From: Acidimicrobiales bacterium
GTDB lineage: Bacteria > Actinomycetota > Acidimicrobiia > Acidimicrobiales > CATQHL01
Direction of reading: 5' to 3'
Length of the DNA: 64,000 nt
NCBI GenBank assembly: GCA_965237375.1
Contig: CBDEFI010000006.1
Coordinates: forward strand, 418,407 to 482,406
Program-made: the position numbers and the translations under genes
Notes under the pieces: generated by a model
Databases searched by the model: none
What the model was told of the DNA's origin: nothing
Seen by the model: the letters and a program-made list of their open reading frames with translations, nothing else
Shown here: positions 1 through 9,327 of the stretch, one piece after another
How positions within the stretch are numbered: the stretch's first letter is position 1
Layout of the letters: every line of letters starts with the position of its first letter

Positions 1-2
1 CG

Positions 3-893
3 CCCGAGGGACTCGACGGGATCTTCGACGAAGAGTGGTTCCGGCGCCATTCCCAGACCGGCACTTCAGCGCCGGACGCGCTTTCCCGCCCGACACTGTG
101 GGGCGCCGAACTCCAGAGCACACTCAGTTTCGAGGACTACCCGTCATTGGTCGGCGACCCGACCAGGCTGCACGACTGGCTTGTCCAGGTCCGCGACTTC
201 GGGTTCGGGCTCGTGGAGAACGTTCCGACCGCGCCGGGATCGGTCGTCAAGGTGGTGGAACTGTTCGGCTATGTGCGTGAGACGAACTATGGGCAAATAT
301 TCGACGTGCGGGTGGAAGCCGATCCGGCGAACCTGGCGTTCACGAAGCTCGGGATCGGGATGCATACCGACAACCCCTATCGCGACCCGGTTCCTGGCCT
401 CCAGATCATCCATTGTCTCGTCAACGAATCCGACGGCGGAGCCAACCAACTCTGTGATGGTTTTGCAGTCGCGGAGAGGGTCCGCCCGCGTCACCCCGCA
501 GCGTTCGAGCTGCTCACCAGCCATCTCGTCCGATTCCGATTCCTCGAAGGGGGATCAGCCGACCTGCAGTCGCACGTTCCCCTCATCGAGCTGGACGTGA
601 GCGGGAATGTCAGTAGCATTCGCTACAACAGTCGGTCGGTCCAGGCCTTCGACATGCACACCGCCGTCCTGGCCGACTACTACGACGCTTACCGAATACT
701 CGGAGAGTCGTTGCATGACCCGGCGGCGATCATTGAGATCAGGCTGGAGCCCGGCCAGCTCATGATGTTCGACAACCAGCGAGTGCTGCACGGCCGCTCC
801 GTCTATCACCACGGCAAGCGCCACGTTCAGGGGTGCTACGCCGACAAAGACTCGATGCACTCCCGGATCCGGGTCTTGGAGGCGGCGCCATGA
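3..893 (+). CDS. Fe(II)/2-oxoglutarate dioxygenase, gamma-butyrobetaine hydroxylase / TmpA-like (5' end off-window)
   Basis: The frame is open from position 3 (PEGLDGIFDEEWF...), so the gene starts upstream of the window. Motif GIGMHTDNPYRDPVPGLQIIHCL plus ...QRVLHGR is typical of the TauD/BBOX clade. The stop overlaps the next start as ATGA. Confidence 0.8.
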   Translation, partial: PEGLDGIFDEEWFRRHSQTGTSAPDALSRPTLWGAELQSTLSFEDYPSLVGDPTRLHDWLVQVRDFGFGLVENVPTAPGSVVKVVELFGYVRETNYGQIFDVRVEADPANLAFTKLGIGMHTDNPYRDPVPGLQIIHCLVNESDGGANQLCDGFAVAERVRPRHPAAFELLTSHLVRFRFLEGGSADLQSHVPLIELDVSGNVSSIRYNSRSVQAFDMHTAVLADYYDAYRILGESLHDPAAIIEIRLEPGQLMMFDNQRVLHGRSVYHHGKRHVQGCYADKDSMHSRIRVLEAAP

Positions 894-1435
894 GCGCTAT
901 CTGCGAACTTGGGGTTCTGATGGCTGATCGCGGTCGCCATAACTACGGCGAGCAGATCACGATCGCCGAGCACTCTCTTCTGACCGCGGCAGCCGCGGAG
1001 CGTCACGGCGAGCCCGACACCCTCATCGCCGCCTGCCTTCTGCACGATGTCGGTCACTTCCTGGATGAGCCCGACGATGCGTACGGCGTCCACTCCCACG
1101 GTGACCGGGGCGGCGATTGGGCAGCCATTCGGTTTGGTCTCGCCGTTGCCGAACCGGTGCGGATGCACGTGGAGGCCAAGCGCTACCTATGTGCTCGCGA
1201 GCCCCACTATTACGACCGTCTCTCCCCGGCGTCGCAGTACACGCTGACCAAACAGGGCGGACCGATGACCGAGGACGAAGCGAGACAATTCGTCGCCCGT
1301 CCCTATGCCGGCGACTCGTTGCGGCTGCGTCGCTACGAGGACGATTACGGCAAACGGGCCGGAGCGCAGATCCCCATGCTCTCGCATTTTGCGCCCTTGT
1401 TGAAACGCCTGCAGGTCGGGGAGGGCCGACCATGA
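890..1435 (+). CDS. HD-domain metal-dependent oxygenase/phosphohydrolase, PhnZ/TmpB-like
   Basis: ATG at 890 overlaps the upstream TGA (ATGA). Motifs: ITIAEHSLLTAAAAERHG, LLHDVGHF, VRMHVEAKRYL. It sits directly next to a BBOX-like dioxygenase. Confidence 0.75.
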   Translation: MSAICELGVLMADRGRHNYGEQITIAEHSLLTAAAAERHGEPDTLIAACLLHDVGHFLDEPDDAYGVHSHGDRGGDWAAIRFGLAVAEPVRMHVEAKRYLCAREPHYYDRLSPASQYTLTKQGGPMTEDEARQFVARPYAGDSLRLRRYEDDYGKRAGAQIPMLSHFAPLLKRLQVGEGRP

Positions 1436-2205
1436 GCTTGCCGAGAATCCCTATCTACATGCAGATCGTCGACGCCCTGATGGAGCGAATCGAGCAGGGC
1501 GACCCCGCTCCGGGCGACCGGATGGCCCCCGAGCGGACACTGGCTGAAGAGTTCGCCGTGAATCGTCGAACCGTCCGTCAGGCTCTCGACATCCTCGAGC
1601 GACGCGGTCTGGTGGAGAGACGCCGAGGATCGGGAACATTCATCTCCCTGCCACGGCTCGAACGCGACGCAGCCGAGTTTTTTCACTTCACCGAACGGGT
1701 CCGTCAGCGGGGATCCACCGCCGGGTCGCTGGTGTTGAACCTCGAACGGGCGGTGCCGTCGCCGCTCGTCGCCCACGAGCTGGAGCTCTCACCCTTAGCT
1801 GAGATCTATCGGTGTCATCGACTTCGAACGGTGAACGGGCTACCGGTTCTGATCGAGACCTTCGCGCTGCCGGCCGATCTGGTGCCGAACTTCGAATCAT
1901 TCGACTTCGGCGTGAGGTCGGTCTATGAGATCATGCGCGCCGAGTACGGCATCGAGGTCGAGTACGCTCGACAGAGCCTAGAAGCGGTGGCCCTCAGCGA
2001 GATCGAGGCCCAATGGCTGGGCGCCACACCCGGCGCGCCGGCCATGCTCGAACGCCGCCTCGCCTTCGACGACAGGGGGCGACCGGTCGACTTCGGTACG
2101 GACCTCTACCGCGGTGACCGGGTCCGCTTCGTCACCAACGCCGCCACCGAGGCCGCCCCTATCAGCGATGACGGCTTCGCCGCAGACTGGAGGAGGGCCC
2201 GATGA
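1432..2205 (+). CDS. GntR/HutC-family transcriptional regulator (wHTH + UTRA-like C-domain)
   Basis: MSLPRIPIYMQIVDALMERIEQG...PERTLAEEFAVNRRTVRQALDILERRGLVERRRGSGTFI. ATG at 1432 overlaps the upstream stop (ATGA). Confidence 0.85.
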   Translation: MSLPRIPIYMQIVDALMERIEQGDPAPGDRMAPERTLAEEFAVNRRTVRQALDILERRGLVERRRGSGTFISLPRLERDAAEFFHFTERVRQRGSTAGSLVLNLERAVPSPLVAHELELSPLAEIYRCHRLRTVNGLPVLIETFALPADLVPNFESFDFGVRSVYEIMRAEYGIEVEYARQSLEAVALSEIEAQWLGATPGAPAMLERRLAFDDRGRPVDFGTDLYRGDRVRFVTNAATEAAPISDDGFAADWRRAR

Positions 2206-3302
2206 CACAATTGAGCGCGACGGGTCGCAACTACGACGTGTTCAAGGCTGGCGACGAGATGCTCAGACAGGCCTTCGCCAAAGGCGAGGTGCCCGAGCGA
2301 GTGCCCGTGTTCGCCCAACATCACGAGTTTGCGGCCCGACGATTCGGCCTCAAGCACAGCGACTTCTACCGCGATCCAGAATTGTTGGTTCAGGCCCAGC
2401 TCGACACCTGCGCCGACTTCGGCATCAACGTGGCCACCGTCGACTTCGACATCTATAACATCGAAGCCGAGGCAGTCGGCCAGATCATCGTGTTCGATGA
2501 CGACAACATGCCCGACGTCGATCGCAGCCACCCTCTCATCGCCGAACCGCCCGACATCGACGCGCTGGTCACCCCCGACTTCGCCACCTCGGGCCGGTGC
2601 CCCGACATTGTCCGGCTGATGGACATGACAGCCGAGCGCACAGGTGTCACACCACCGATTGCGTTCTGTGCCCCCTTCTCGCTCGCCGCCAACATCCGCG
2701 GCATCGAGGCGCTCATCTTCGACATCTTGCTGAATCCCGACTTCGCGGCCGAGCTCTTCCGGCGAGTGGTCGACAACCTGGTCGCACCATGGATCAGGCA
2801 CCTCATGGATCTGTTCCCCGACGCCACGACAATCTCGGGGGCCGATGCCACCGCCTCGGTGCCGATCCTGTCGCCGACCATGATCGAGGAGTGGGTGATG
2901 CCCTATATCGCCCGCCTCCGCGACGCCACCCACCCCGACCTCAGCGTGCCCAACTGGATCGGCGAAGCCGGGCTGAAAGAACCGCTCGACCTGATGGACC
3001 GCAAGCTCACGGTGACCCAGCACTTCATCGAAGGCCAAGACCCCGACGTCGAGAAACTCGGCCCCGACTACTACGTCGAATACGCCGACCGAAACGATGT
3101 CCCCCTAGTCCTCGGCGTCGGTGCGTCGTTTCTAGCCCTCTCGAGTCCCAGCAAGGTCTTCGACCGTGTGAAGCACTATGTCCGGACCGGCATGCAACAC
3201 GACCGTTTCGCGCTCTTGCTATGCAACCTGGGCGCCACCACCCCCGAAGACAATGTCCGCGCCGCCGTCGCCGCCGTCCACGAACACGGCACGTACCAGT
3301 AG
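2202..3302 (+). CDS. Uroporphyrinogen-decarboxylase-family protein (MtaA/CmuA-type methyltransferase-like)
   Basis: 366 aa. It has a URO-D-like pattern (DFDIYNIEAEAVGQ..., CAPFSLAANIRGIEALIFDIL). The start overlaps the GntR stop (ATGA). Confidence 0.65.
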   Translation: MTQLSATGRNYDVFKAGDEMLRQAFAKGEVPERVPVFAQHHEFAARRFGLKHSDFYRDPELLVQAQLDTCADFGINVATVDFDIYNIEAEAVGQIIVFDDDNMPDVDRSHPLIAEPPDIDALVTPDFATSGRCPDIVRLMDMTAERTGVTPPIAFCAPFSLAANIRGIEALIFDILLNPDFAAELFRRVVDNLVAPWIRHLMDLFPDATTISGADATASVPILSPTMIEEWVMPYIARLRDATHPDLSVPNWIGEAGLKEPLDLMDRKLTVTQHFIEGQDPDVEKLGPDYYVEYADRNDVPLVLGVGASFLALSSPSKVFDRVKHYVRTGMQHDRFALLLCNLGATTPEDNVRAAVAAVHEHGTYQ

Positions 3303-3495
3303 GTTCGAGCGAACAGACCACGCGCCGCCGACGAGTCAGCGCGGTTCGGCGACGCCTTCGGACTGGCGTCGGCGCTGTGGTTCCAGGAGGAGGGGCTCAA
3401 GCCGGTGGAGGAGCCGGGCTGCCTCTGGGACTCAGACGGCGACCAGATGAGATCCTGAGCACACGCGCCACATCAATGAGTTTCATGCTGTTGAG

Positions 3496-3524
3496 TTGCA
3501 AAATGATGTGAATTCTGCTAGCTT
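3496..3524 (+). promoter_or_regulatory. Putative promoter for a leaderless small ORF
   Basis: Local AT-rich patch: TTGCAA (3496-3501), 17-nt spacer, TAGCTT (3519-3524). GTG at 3531 lies 7 nt after the -10 box. Confidence 0.3.
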
Positions 3525-3530
3525 CAAGGC

Positions 3531-3731
3531 GTGGATGCGGACACGGTCACCCAGATAGCCACGGTGGCGCTGGCCGTGCTGGCCATCATCTGGCACCAGC
3601 AGCGATCCACCGACAAGCTGCGCGACAGATTGGACGCATCTGACCGTGAGCACCGAGCCGGGTTGGACGAGGTGAAGCAGCGGTTATCCCGCATCGAGGG
3701 CTTCCTGGGCATCGGCATGCCGCCAACATAG
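3531..3731 (+). CDS. Small hypothetical membrane-anchored protein (one TM helix + coiled-coil tail)
   Basis: 66 aa with a hydrophobic N-terminus (IATVALAVLAIIW) followed by a charged helix. I recognised no family. Confidence 0.4.
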   Translation: MDADTVTQIATVALAVLAIIWHQQRSTDKLRDRLDASDREHRAGLDEVKQRLSRIEGFLGIGMPPT

Positions 3732-3742
3732 GGTCCAACTCC

Positions 3743-3797
3743 ACGAGGGCTCTCCATTCTGAAGGCGGCAGAATCGTCAGAATCGCAGAGCCCTCGT
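3743..3797 (+). terminator. Stem-loop downstream of the small ORF
   Basis: acgagggctct (3743-3753) pairs with agagccctcgt (3787-3797), with an inner attctg/cagaat hairpin. There is no U-tract. Confidence 0.3.
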
Positions 3798-3822
3798 ACC
3801 CCACCGCGGACCTACACCCCGC

Positions 3823-4197
3823 TCAAATCCGAAGAGCCGCTATGGCGCTTCGGAAATTAGCGGGGTGTGATGGTGGCCAAGCGAGCACTGTGCGGACCCG
3901 TTGTCGGGTCCGTCTAGCGGTTTCGGGTTTCGCAGTCCAGATCGGCTCAAGGACGCGCAGCACGTCGGCTTGCTGGATGCGGTGCACGGGCATGGCACCG
4001 AGCACCCCGAACGCGTGACGCTCGAGAGTCTGCATCCACGAGGCGTTGCGCCACCGTGGGCGGTTCGCCTTGTGGACCGCTTCGGCGGCTTGCCGGAAGG
4101 TGGGCGTCGTGCGCCTGCGGCTCTCAGCGAACGGGTCACGCCCCTGCGCAACGGCGCCGCGGTTCTCCATGGCCCTCAATACCTGCGAAAGCACCAT
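3823..4197 (-). pseudogene. Tyrosine integrase fragment (core-binding/SAM-like middle region only)
   Basis: ...TFRQAAEAVHKANRPRWRNASWMQTLERHAFGVLGAMPVHRIQQADVLRVLEPIWTAKPETARRTRQRVRTVLAW matches the P4-type integrase N-proximal domain. Both the arm-binding N-terminus and the catalytic C-terminal domain are absent. Confidence 0.6.
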
Positions 4198-4561
4198 TGA
4201 TGGTCCGAACTCTCGTTTTCGCAAGCTCAGGACCGTCCAGGATAGCCGCGGTGAAGGATGGACTCGTCGGAAACGGTCGGGCGGCGGGTCCGTGAACGGC
4301 GGGGGGCTCCAGAATCGGGTGTAGCACAAACCAACGCGTGGAGGCTCCCGGCGGCGGAGAACCCTACGCGTACCTGTGGGTTGATCGTCGGCCTGGGCGA
4401 GTTCGCCGACCTCGGCTCTGACGGGGCTGTGCGCGCCGGCACTGGTCTGCGCGACAAGCTCAGTGTGAGCGACGGCCACGTCGCCGAGCCGGCTGTCGGC
4501 GAAGTTCCCGGGTACCGCTGCGCCGCTGCCGCAACGGTGGTCTCGACGCGCCTGGTTATCG

Positions 4562-5326
4562 CTACTCGTCTCCCGCCGGGCGCATGTGCGCGGCGGCGAG
4601 GGTGGCGTTGTCGTCGAGTCCGACGTTCTCGGCTGCTTCGAGGATGGCGCTGGCCGCTTCGTCGGCCGCCGCGGCGGCCGCGATGAGCGGCACGAGGTAG
4701 TGCTCGAACATGTCGTGGTCCATTTGGCGCTCGCGGGATGCCGGTAGCCGGGCGAGGGGCTCCCAGGCTCCGTCGCTGGCGAGGATGATCGTGTGGTTGC
4801 TGTCGCCGCCGAGGCGGTGGCGTTCCCAGAGCCCGTCGCGGCCGAGGTCCATGGTGGGTAGGCCGAGGCAGGCCGAGATCTCGCCCCATGTGCCGCGTTG
4901 GGGCTTCGTGATGAACGCGGCCTCCGGGTAGCCGCCCGGCGGGCGGCTGAAGAGCACAGCGAGCGTGTCGCCCGTCTGGGCGACGAGCAGCCCGCCTTGG
5001 GGTGTCCACGCGGCGACGCACAGCGTGCTCATCGGGATCGTCGGTAGGGGCCGCCGCGTCCGCGGCTCGGGTGCAAGCGCTGCGACGCGTCGGTTCGCGC
5101 CGGCGAAGGCCGCCTTGAGTTCTGCCAGGGACTCGATGCGGCCTGGGAACCCGTTGATGGCCACTGCGGCGGCTTCGGCGCCGCGGTCGTGGCCGCCGAG
5201 CCCGTCGGCGACAGCGATCACCCACGACCCGTCCGCTGACAGCGCCGTGGAGGAGCGGTCCTGATTCTCGTCGCGGCCACCGATATGAGTGGCCTCCGCG
5301 ACGGTGGCCTCAAAGGGCCCGCTCAT
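4562..5326 (-). CDS. PP2C-family Ser/Thr protein phosphatase
   Basis: ATG at 5326 (MSGPFEATVAEATHIGGRDENQDR...AVADGLGGH...ILASDGAWE...DDNATLAAAHM). The ORF-track extension to 6481 is read-through antisense to an IS. Confidence 0.8.
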   Translation of the reverse strand: MSGPFEATVAEATHIGGRDENQDRSSTALSADGSWVIAVADGLGGHDRGAEAAAVAINGFPGRIESLAELKAAFAGANRRVAALAPEPRTRRPLPTIPMSTLCVAAWTPQGGLLVAQTGDTLAVLFSRPPGGYPEAAFITKPQRGTWGEISACLGLPTMDLGRDGLWERHRLGGDSNHTIILASDGAWEPLARLPASRERQMDHDMFEHYLVPLIAAAAAADEAASAILEAAENVGLDDNATLAAAHMRPAGDE

Positions 5327-5465
5327 CGCTGGTCGCTCCACCGGTGGACGTAGCCGGCGTCCAGCGTCGTCGCGTCGAGGACGGCGAGATGGCCCCGTGG
5401 GTGAGGTGCTTCTGAGTGAATGTCCGCTTTGGGCGGTTTGATTAGCCCACGTTCGGGGTGGGGGG

Positions 5466-6509
5466 TCATGGCTGGGTTGGTTTGTTTTTGCGATGGTAGG
5501 CGATGCGGTCGCGGCGGGCTCGGGTGAGGCCGTCGCGGCGGGCCTGGCGGATGGTGTCGCCACGTCCTTGGTGTTCGTCGTCGGGGGTGACGTAGCGGAG
5601 GGAGGCGTGCAGGCGTCGGGTGTTGTAGTCGTCGCGGACGGTGTCGAGTTCGGTGCGCAGCGTGTTGGGGTCGGTGATTTGTTCGAGGTGGGGCCATTCG
5701 GTTTTGATGTGGCCGAAGAGCGTTTCGATCCATGCTTGGTCAGTCGGGGTGCCGGGGCGGCCGTAGTGCGCGGCGATGGAGCACATGGCGAAGAACTCTC
5801 GTGTGGTGCCGGCGCGCATCTGCGGGCCGTTGTCGGAGAGGGCCAGCAGGATCGGCTCGGCGTCGTCGCTGTTGGCTTGGCGGGCCTCGATGTGTTCCCA
5901 GAGTCCTTCGGCGTCGAGCGCGTCGCAGAAGACGACTTCGACCTGTGTGGCGGTCTCCTCGACGCTGACGAGGGTGGCGAGCCATTTGCGGGTAACGACG
6001 TCCAAGATGGCGTAGGCGACCCGGTTCGCGCGGGGGAAGTGGGTGATGTCATAGATCCAGATCTGGTGGCGTTCCCAGCGCACCCAGTCCGGCATCGGGC
6101 GCGCCGCAGCGGGACTGCGCTGAGGCCGGGCGGGTAGAACGAGCCCTTCACCTGCCAGGGTGCGGTACACCGTCGACGGTGACACCCACACGAGCCCCTC
6201 ATAGGAGGCGCGGTGCGCGAGCTTGCGGTAGCCGCCGTCGATGTCGCCCCACGCGTCGAACAGCTCCAAGATCGCCTGGCGTTCGGCGGGCGTGATGGCG
6301 TGCACAGCGCCGCCGCCGGCGGCGCTGTCGTCGAGGCGGCCAGCCGCCTGGCGGTGCCGCCACCGCCGCCAGCGGCGGGAATCCAACTCCAACACAGCGC
6401 ACGCCCGAGACGCCGCCCAACCCTCGCCCACGGCACCATCGACGAGGTCCAACAAGGCGGCCTTGACACCGGCATCGACACGCGGGGGCACGCCGGCGTT
6501 CACCCCCAA
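5466..6509 (-). CDS. IS3-family transposase OrfB (DDE/rve integrase core)
   Basis: 347 aa: ...WIYDITHF...LSDNGPQM...RPGTPTDQAWIETLFGHIKTEW...YNTRRLHASLRYVTP. It overlaps the orfA 3' end. Confidence 0.9.
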   Translation of the reverse strand: MGVNAGVPPRVDAGVKAALLDLVDGAVGEGWAASRACAVLELDSRRWRRWRHRQAAGRLDDSAAGGGAVHAITPAERQAILELFDAWGDIDGGYRKLAHRASYEGLVWVSPSTVYRTLAGEGLVLPARPQRSPAAARPMPDWVRWERHQIWIYDITHFPRANRVAYAILDVVTRKWLATLVSVEETATQVEVVFCDALDAEGLWEHIEARQANSDDAEPILLALSDNGPQMRAGTTREFFAMCSIAAHYGRPGTPTDQAWIETLFGHIKTEWPHLEQITDPNTLRTELDTVRDDYNTRRLHASLRYVTPDDEHQGRGDTIRQARRDGLTRARRDRIAYHRKNKPTQP

Positions 6510-6841
6510 CGCTCTTTTCCCTCCAACAACGTGACCTTCACCGCCATCTCCTTGAGCGCCTCACCCAGCCGCGCCACCTCACCGCGGGCCATTGCCAACT
6601 CGGGATCCTCACCGCCCGCGCGCACCCCCGGCCGCGACGACGCCAACGCCTCCAGGGCGCCCCGCTTGGCCACCTCGCGGGCCTTCATGATCGTCGAACG
6701 ATCCACCCCCCAATGATCCGCGCACGCAGCGACGGTCATCTCACCGGTCAGCACCTGCACGAACGCCTCATACTTCTCCGCCGGCGACAAGAACCGCCGA
6801 CGGCGCCTGCCACGCTCACCGGACTTCGAAGAACTGCTCAT
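6500..6841 (-). CDS. IS3-family transposase OrfA (HTH)
   Basis: 113 aa: RRRRFLSPAEKYEAFVQVLTGEMTVAACADHWGVDRSTIMKAREV, followed by a leucine-zipper-like tail. Confidence 0.9.
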   Translation of the reverse strand: MSSSSKSGERGRRRRRFLSPAEKYEAFVQVLTGEMTVAACADHWGVDRSTIMKAREVAKRGALEALASSRPGVRAGGEDPELAMARGEVARLGEALKEMAVKVTLLEGKERWG

Positions 6842-7939
6842 CTGACGCTCCCTTCACAACGCCACGCTCCCACCCCCAATGTGGGCTAATCAACCACCCA
6901 AAACCGGACACGAACTCAGAACCAGAACAGGGGAGGTTGCGGATGTTGGTGAGGGTGGTGTGGAAGGTGGGCGCCCAGGGCCAGTGGGCGGGTAGGCGCA
7001 AGATGGTGCGTCCGGCGTGGTTGACGAGGCGTCCGGGGAGGGCGAGGAGTTGGTTGCGGACGGTTTGCCCGGCGGTGAGTCGGCCGCGGCGGTTGGGGGT
7101 GTGGTGGTTGATCCAGCGGTAGAGGTTGTGGGCCAGGGTGGCGCAGGTCAGCCAGGCGGCGTTGGCGGCGAAGCGTCCCGACGGCAGGTGGGCGAGGCCG
7201 GTGGAGTTCTTGAGGTCGCGAATGGCGAGTTCGACGGTGGCGTGTTGGCGGTGGAACACGTCGGCGGCGACGGTGTCAGATGTGGTGTTGGTGACGAAGG
7301 CGTGGTAGCGCCAGTCGGGCCATAACGCCGCTTGTGTTTCGTCGGTGAGGCGGCTGCGGCGCACCACGAGGCGCAGCTTGCGCCCCTCGCCGCGGGCGCC
7401 GGCGACGAGGGTGGTCGCCGCCACGTGCGCTTCGCCGCCGAGCCGATAGTCGATCGGCGTCCAGTCCGCGTCGGCAATGGCATCAATGGCGGCTTTGACG
7501 TGGGCGTACAGCGGCATCGTGATCGACCAGCGCACCTTGAGGCGCTCCAGAGTGTCGAGGAGGTCATAGGACCAGAACCCCGCGTCGGCGCGCACGGTCA
7601 GTTCGCCGGTCGCGCCGGCGCGTCGGGCGCGGTGGACGGTTTCGGCGACGAAATGGGCGTTGCCGCTCTGGCCGACCCCTTGCGCAGGCGGGCATGCAGC
7701 ACCTCGCCGGTCTCGCCGCGGGTCGCCACCAACGGGCAATAGCCCAACTCGGCGGTGTAGCCGTAGGCGGCGCCGGCCTTGGCCTTGCCGACCACTTCAC
7801 AGATCGTCGAGTCCACGTCGATGGTCATCGCATCCTCCCCGGGGCCGCCGATGACCAACCACGCCGCGCGCAGCACCTCGCCGGCCGCCTTGTCCAACTG
7901 AGGTGTGTCTGAGTCTTCCGCGGAGATTGGGGTTGGTAA

Positions 7940-9013
7940 TTAACCAAGTTGGGGGGTGTTCTCGGGTGTGGTTGTTGTTGTCTGGCGGTTGTGGTCGAGG
8001 CGTTGTTGGTGGGCTCGTTTCAGGCCTTGGCGTCGGGCCTCGCGGATGTGTTCTCCTCGGTGGTGGTGTTCGTCGTCGGGGGTAACGTAGCCGATTGCCT
8101 GGTGGAGGCGGACGGTGTTGTACTCGACGCGGACGCGGGCCAGCTCGACGTCGAGCTGTTCGGCGTCGGTGATCGTTGCGAGGTGGGGCCATTCGTGTTT
8201 GATGTGTCCGAAGAACGACTCGATCCACGCCTGGTCGGTGGGGGTGTGTGGTCGGCCGTGGTGCTGGGCGATGGCCATGAGTGTCATGTAGGCGCGGGTG
8301 GCTGTTGAGGTCATGGCCGGGCCGTTGTCGGACACGGCGAGCAGGATCGGCCGGTCGGGGTCGTCGGCGTCGAGGTCGAGGCGTTCGTCGGTGAGCAACT
8401 CGTCGAGACCTTCGGTGAGCAGGGCGGCGTCGAAGACGACGCGGACCTGTGTGGAGGTCTCTTCGGTGGAGACCAGCGTCGCGATCCAGCGTCGCGAGAC
8501 CATGTCGACGATCGCGAACACGACCCGTCGGGCGGCGCCGAAGTGGGTGACGTCCCAGATCCAGATCCGGTTGGGTTCCCACACCAGCCAGGGCGGCCAC
8601 GGTGTGCGAACTCGCCGTGGCTGCGCCGGCTGTTGGGCCAGGACGAGGCCGTGAGCAGCGAGAACACGCCGAAACGTTGACGGCGAGACCCACACCTTGG
8701 ACTGGTAGGAGCCGCGGTGCGCGAGCTTGCGATGCGACCGGTCCACCGGACCCCACTCCTCGGCGGTCTCCAAGATCGCCTCCACCTCACCGTCCAACAG
8801 GCGATGCACGGCCGTCGCGCCGGCGCTGCGGTCCTCCAGATCGCCGTCGCTGCGCCGGGCGCGCCAGCGGTGCACCCGATCATCGGAGACCTGCCACAGG
8901 CCGGTTGCCCAGCGGTGCGCGAACCCGCCGGCGACCGCGTCGTCGACAGTGCAAAGAACCAGTTCCTTCACCTCGGCGGGGACTCGCGCCGGGACCGGTC
9001 CGCTCAGCCCCAT
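7940..9013 (-). CDS. IS3-family transposase OrfB
   Basis: ATG at 9013 overlaps the orfA end. Motifs: ...WIWDVTHF...VSDNGPAM...RPHTPTDQAWIESFFGHIKHEW...YNTVRLHQAIGYVTP. Confidence 0.85.
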   Translation of the reverse strand: MGLSGPVPARVPAEVKELVLCTVDDAVAGGFAHRWATGLWQVSDDRVHRWRARRSDGDLEDRSAGATAVHRLLDGEVEAILETAEEWGPVDRSHRKLAHRGSYQSKVWVSPSTFRRVLAAHGLVLAQQPAQPRRVRTPWPPWLVWEPNRIWIWDVTHFGAARRVVFAIVDMVSRRWIATLVSTEETSTQVRVVFDAALLTEGLDELLTDERLDLDADDPDRPILLAVSDNGPAMTSTATRAYMTLMAIAQHHGRPHTPTDQAWIESFFGHIKHEWPHLATITDAEQLDVELARVRVEYNTVRLHQAIGYVTPDDEHHHRGEHIREARRQGLKRAHQQRLDHNRQTTTTTPENTPQLG

Positions 9014-9327
9014 CCCGATTTTCCCCGGATGATCGCCAACTCGATCGCTTGCGCCTTGACCGCCTCGGTCAGCTGACCAATCTCGTTGCGTGCCGCCTCG
9101 AGCTCCCAGTTGCGTTGGCTCGCCGGCCGACCAGGCCGGCGAGCCAACGCCGCCAACGCCGCGTCCTTCACCGTGCGGCGGATCGTGATGATCGTCGACA
9201 CGTCCACCGTCCACTTACGGGCCGCCTCGGCCTGGGTCACCTCCCCAGAGGTGACCTGCAGGAAAATCTCCCACTTCGCCTCCGCGGACAACTTCGTCGG
9301 CCGACGCCGACCGTCTCCAGTAGTCAT
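9004..9327 (-). CDS. IS3-family transposase OrfA
   Basis: 107 aa: PTKLSAEAKWEIFLQVTSGEVTQAEAARKWTVDVSTIITIRR. Confidence 0.85.
   Translation of the reverse strand: MTTGDGRRRPTKLSAEAKWEIFLQVTSGEVTQAEAARKWTVDVSTIITIRRTVKDAALAALARRPGRPASQRNWELEAARNEIGQLTEAVKAQAIELAIIRGKSGWG

Larger units (their letters stand above)
5402..6929 (-). mobile_element. IS3-family element, type 1, copy A (1528 bp)
   Basis: About 49-bp imperfect terminal IRs (TGAGGTGCTTCTGAGTGAATGTCCGC...TGATTAGCCCAC / TGTTCTGGTTCTGAGTTCGTGTCCGG...TGATTAGCCCAC). OrfA and orfB overlap. A near-identical copy lies at 19311-20838 in the opposite orientation. Confidence 0.85.

Noticed and set aside
2106-3038. 310-aa minus-strand ORF opposite the URO-D-like gene
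   Set aside because: It shows no recognisable motifs and overlaps two well-supported, translationally coupled plus-strand genes.
4562-6481. 639-aa ORF on the minus strand
   Set aside because: Only the last 255 codons (from the ATG at 5326) look like a protein (PP2C). The upstream part is Pro/Arg/Ser/Thr-rich read-through lying antisense or out of frame to the IS3 transposase. That is typical of high-GC DNA.
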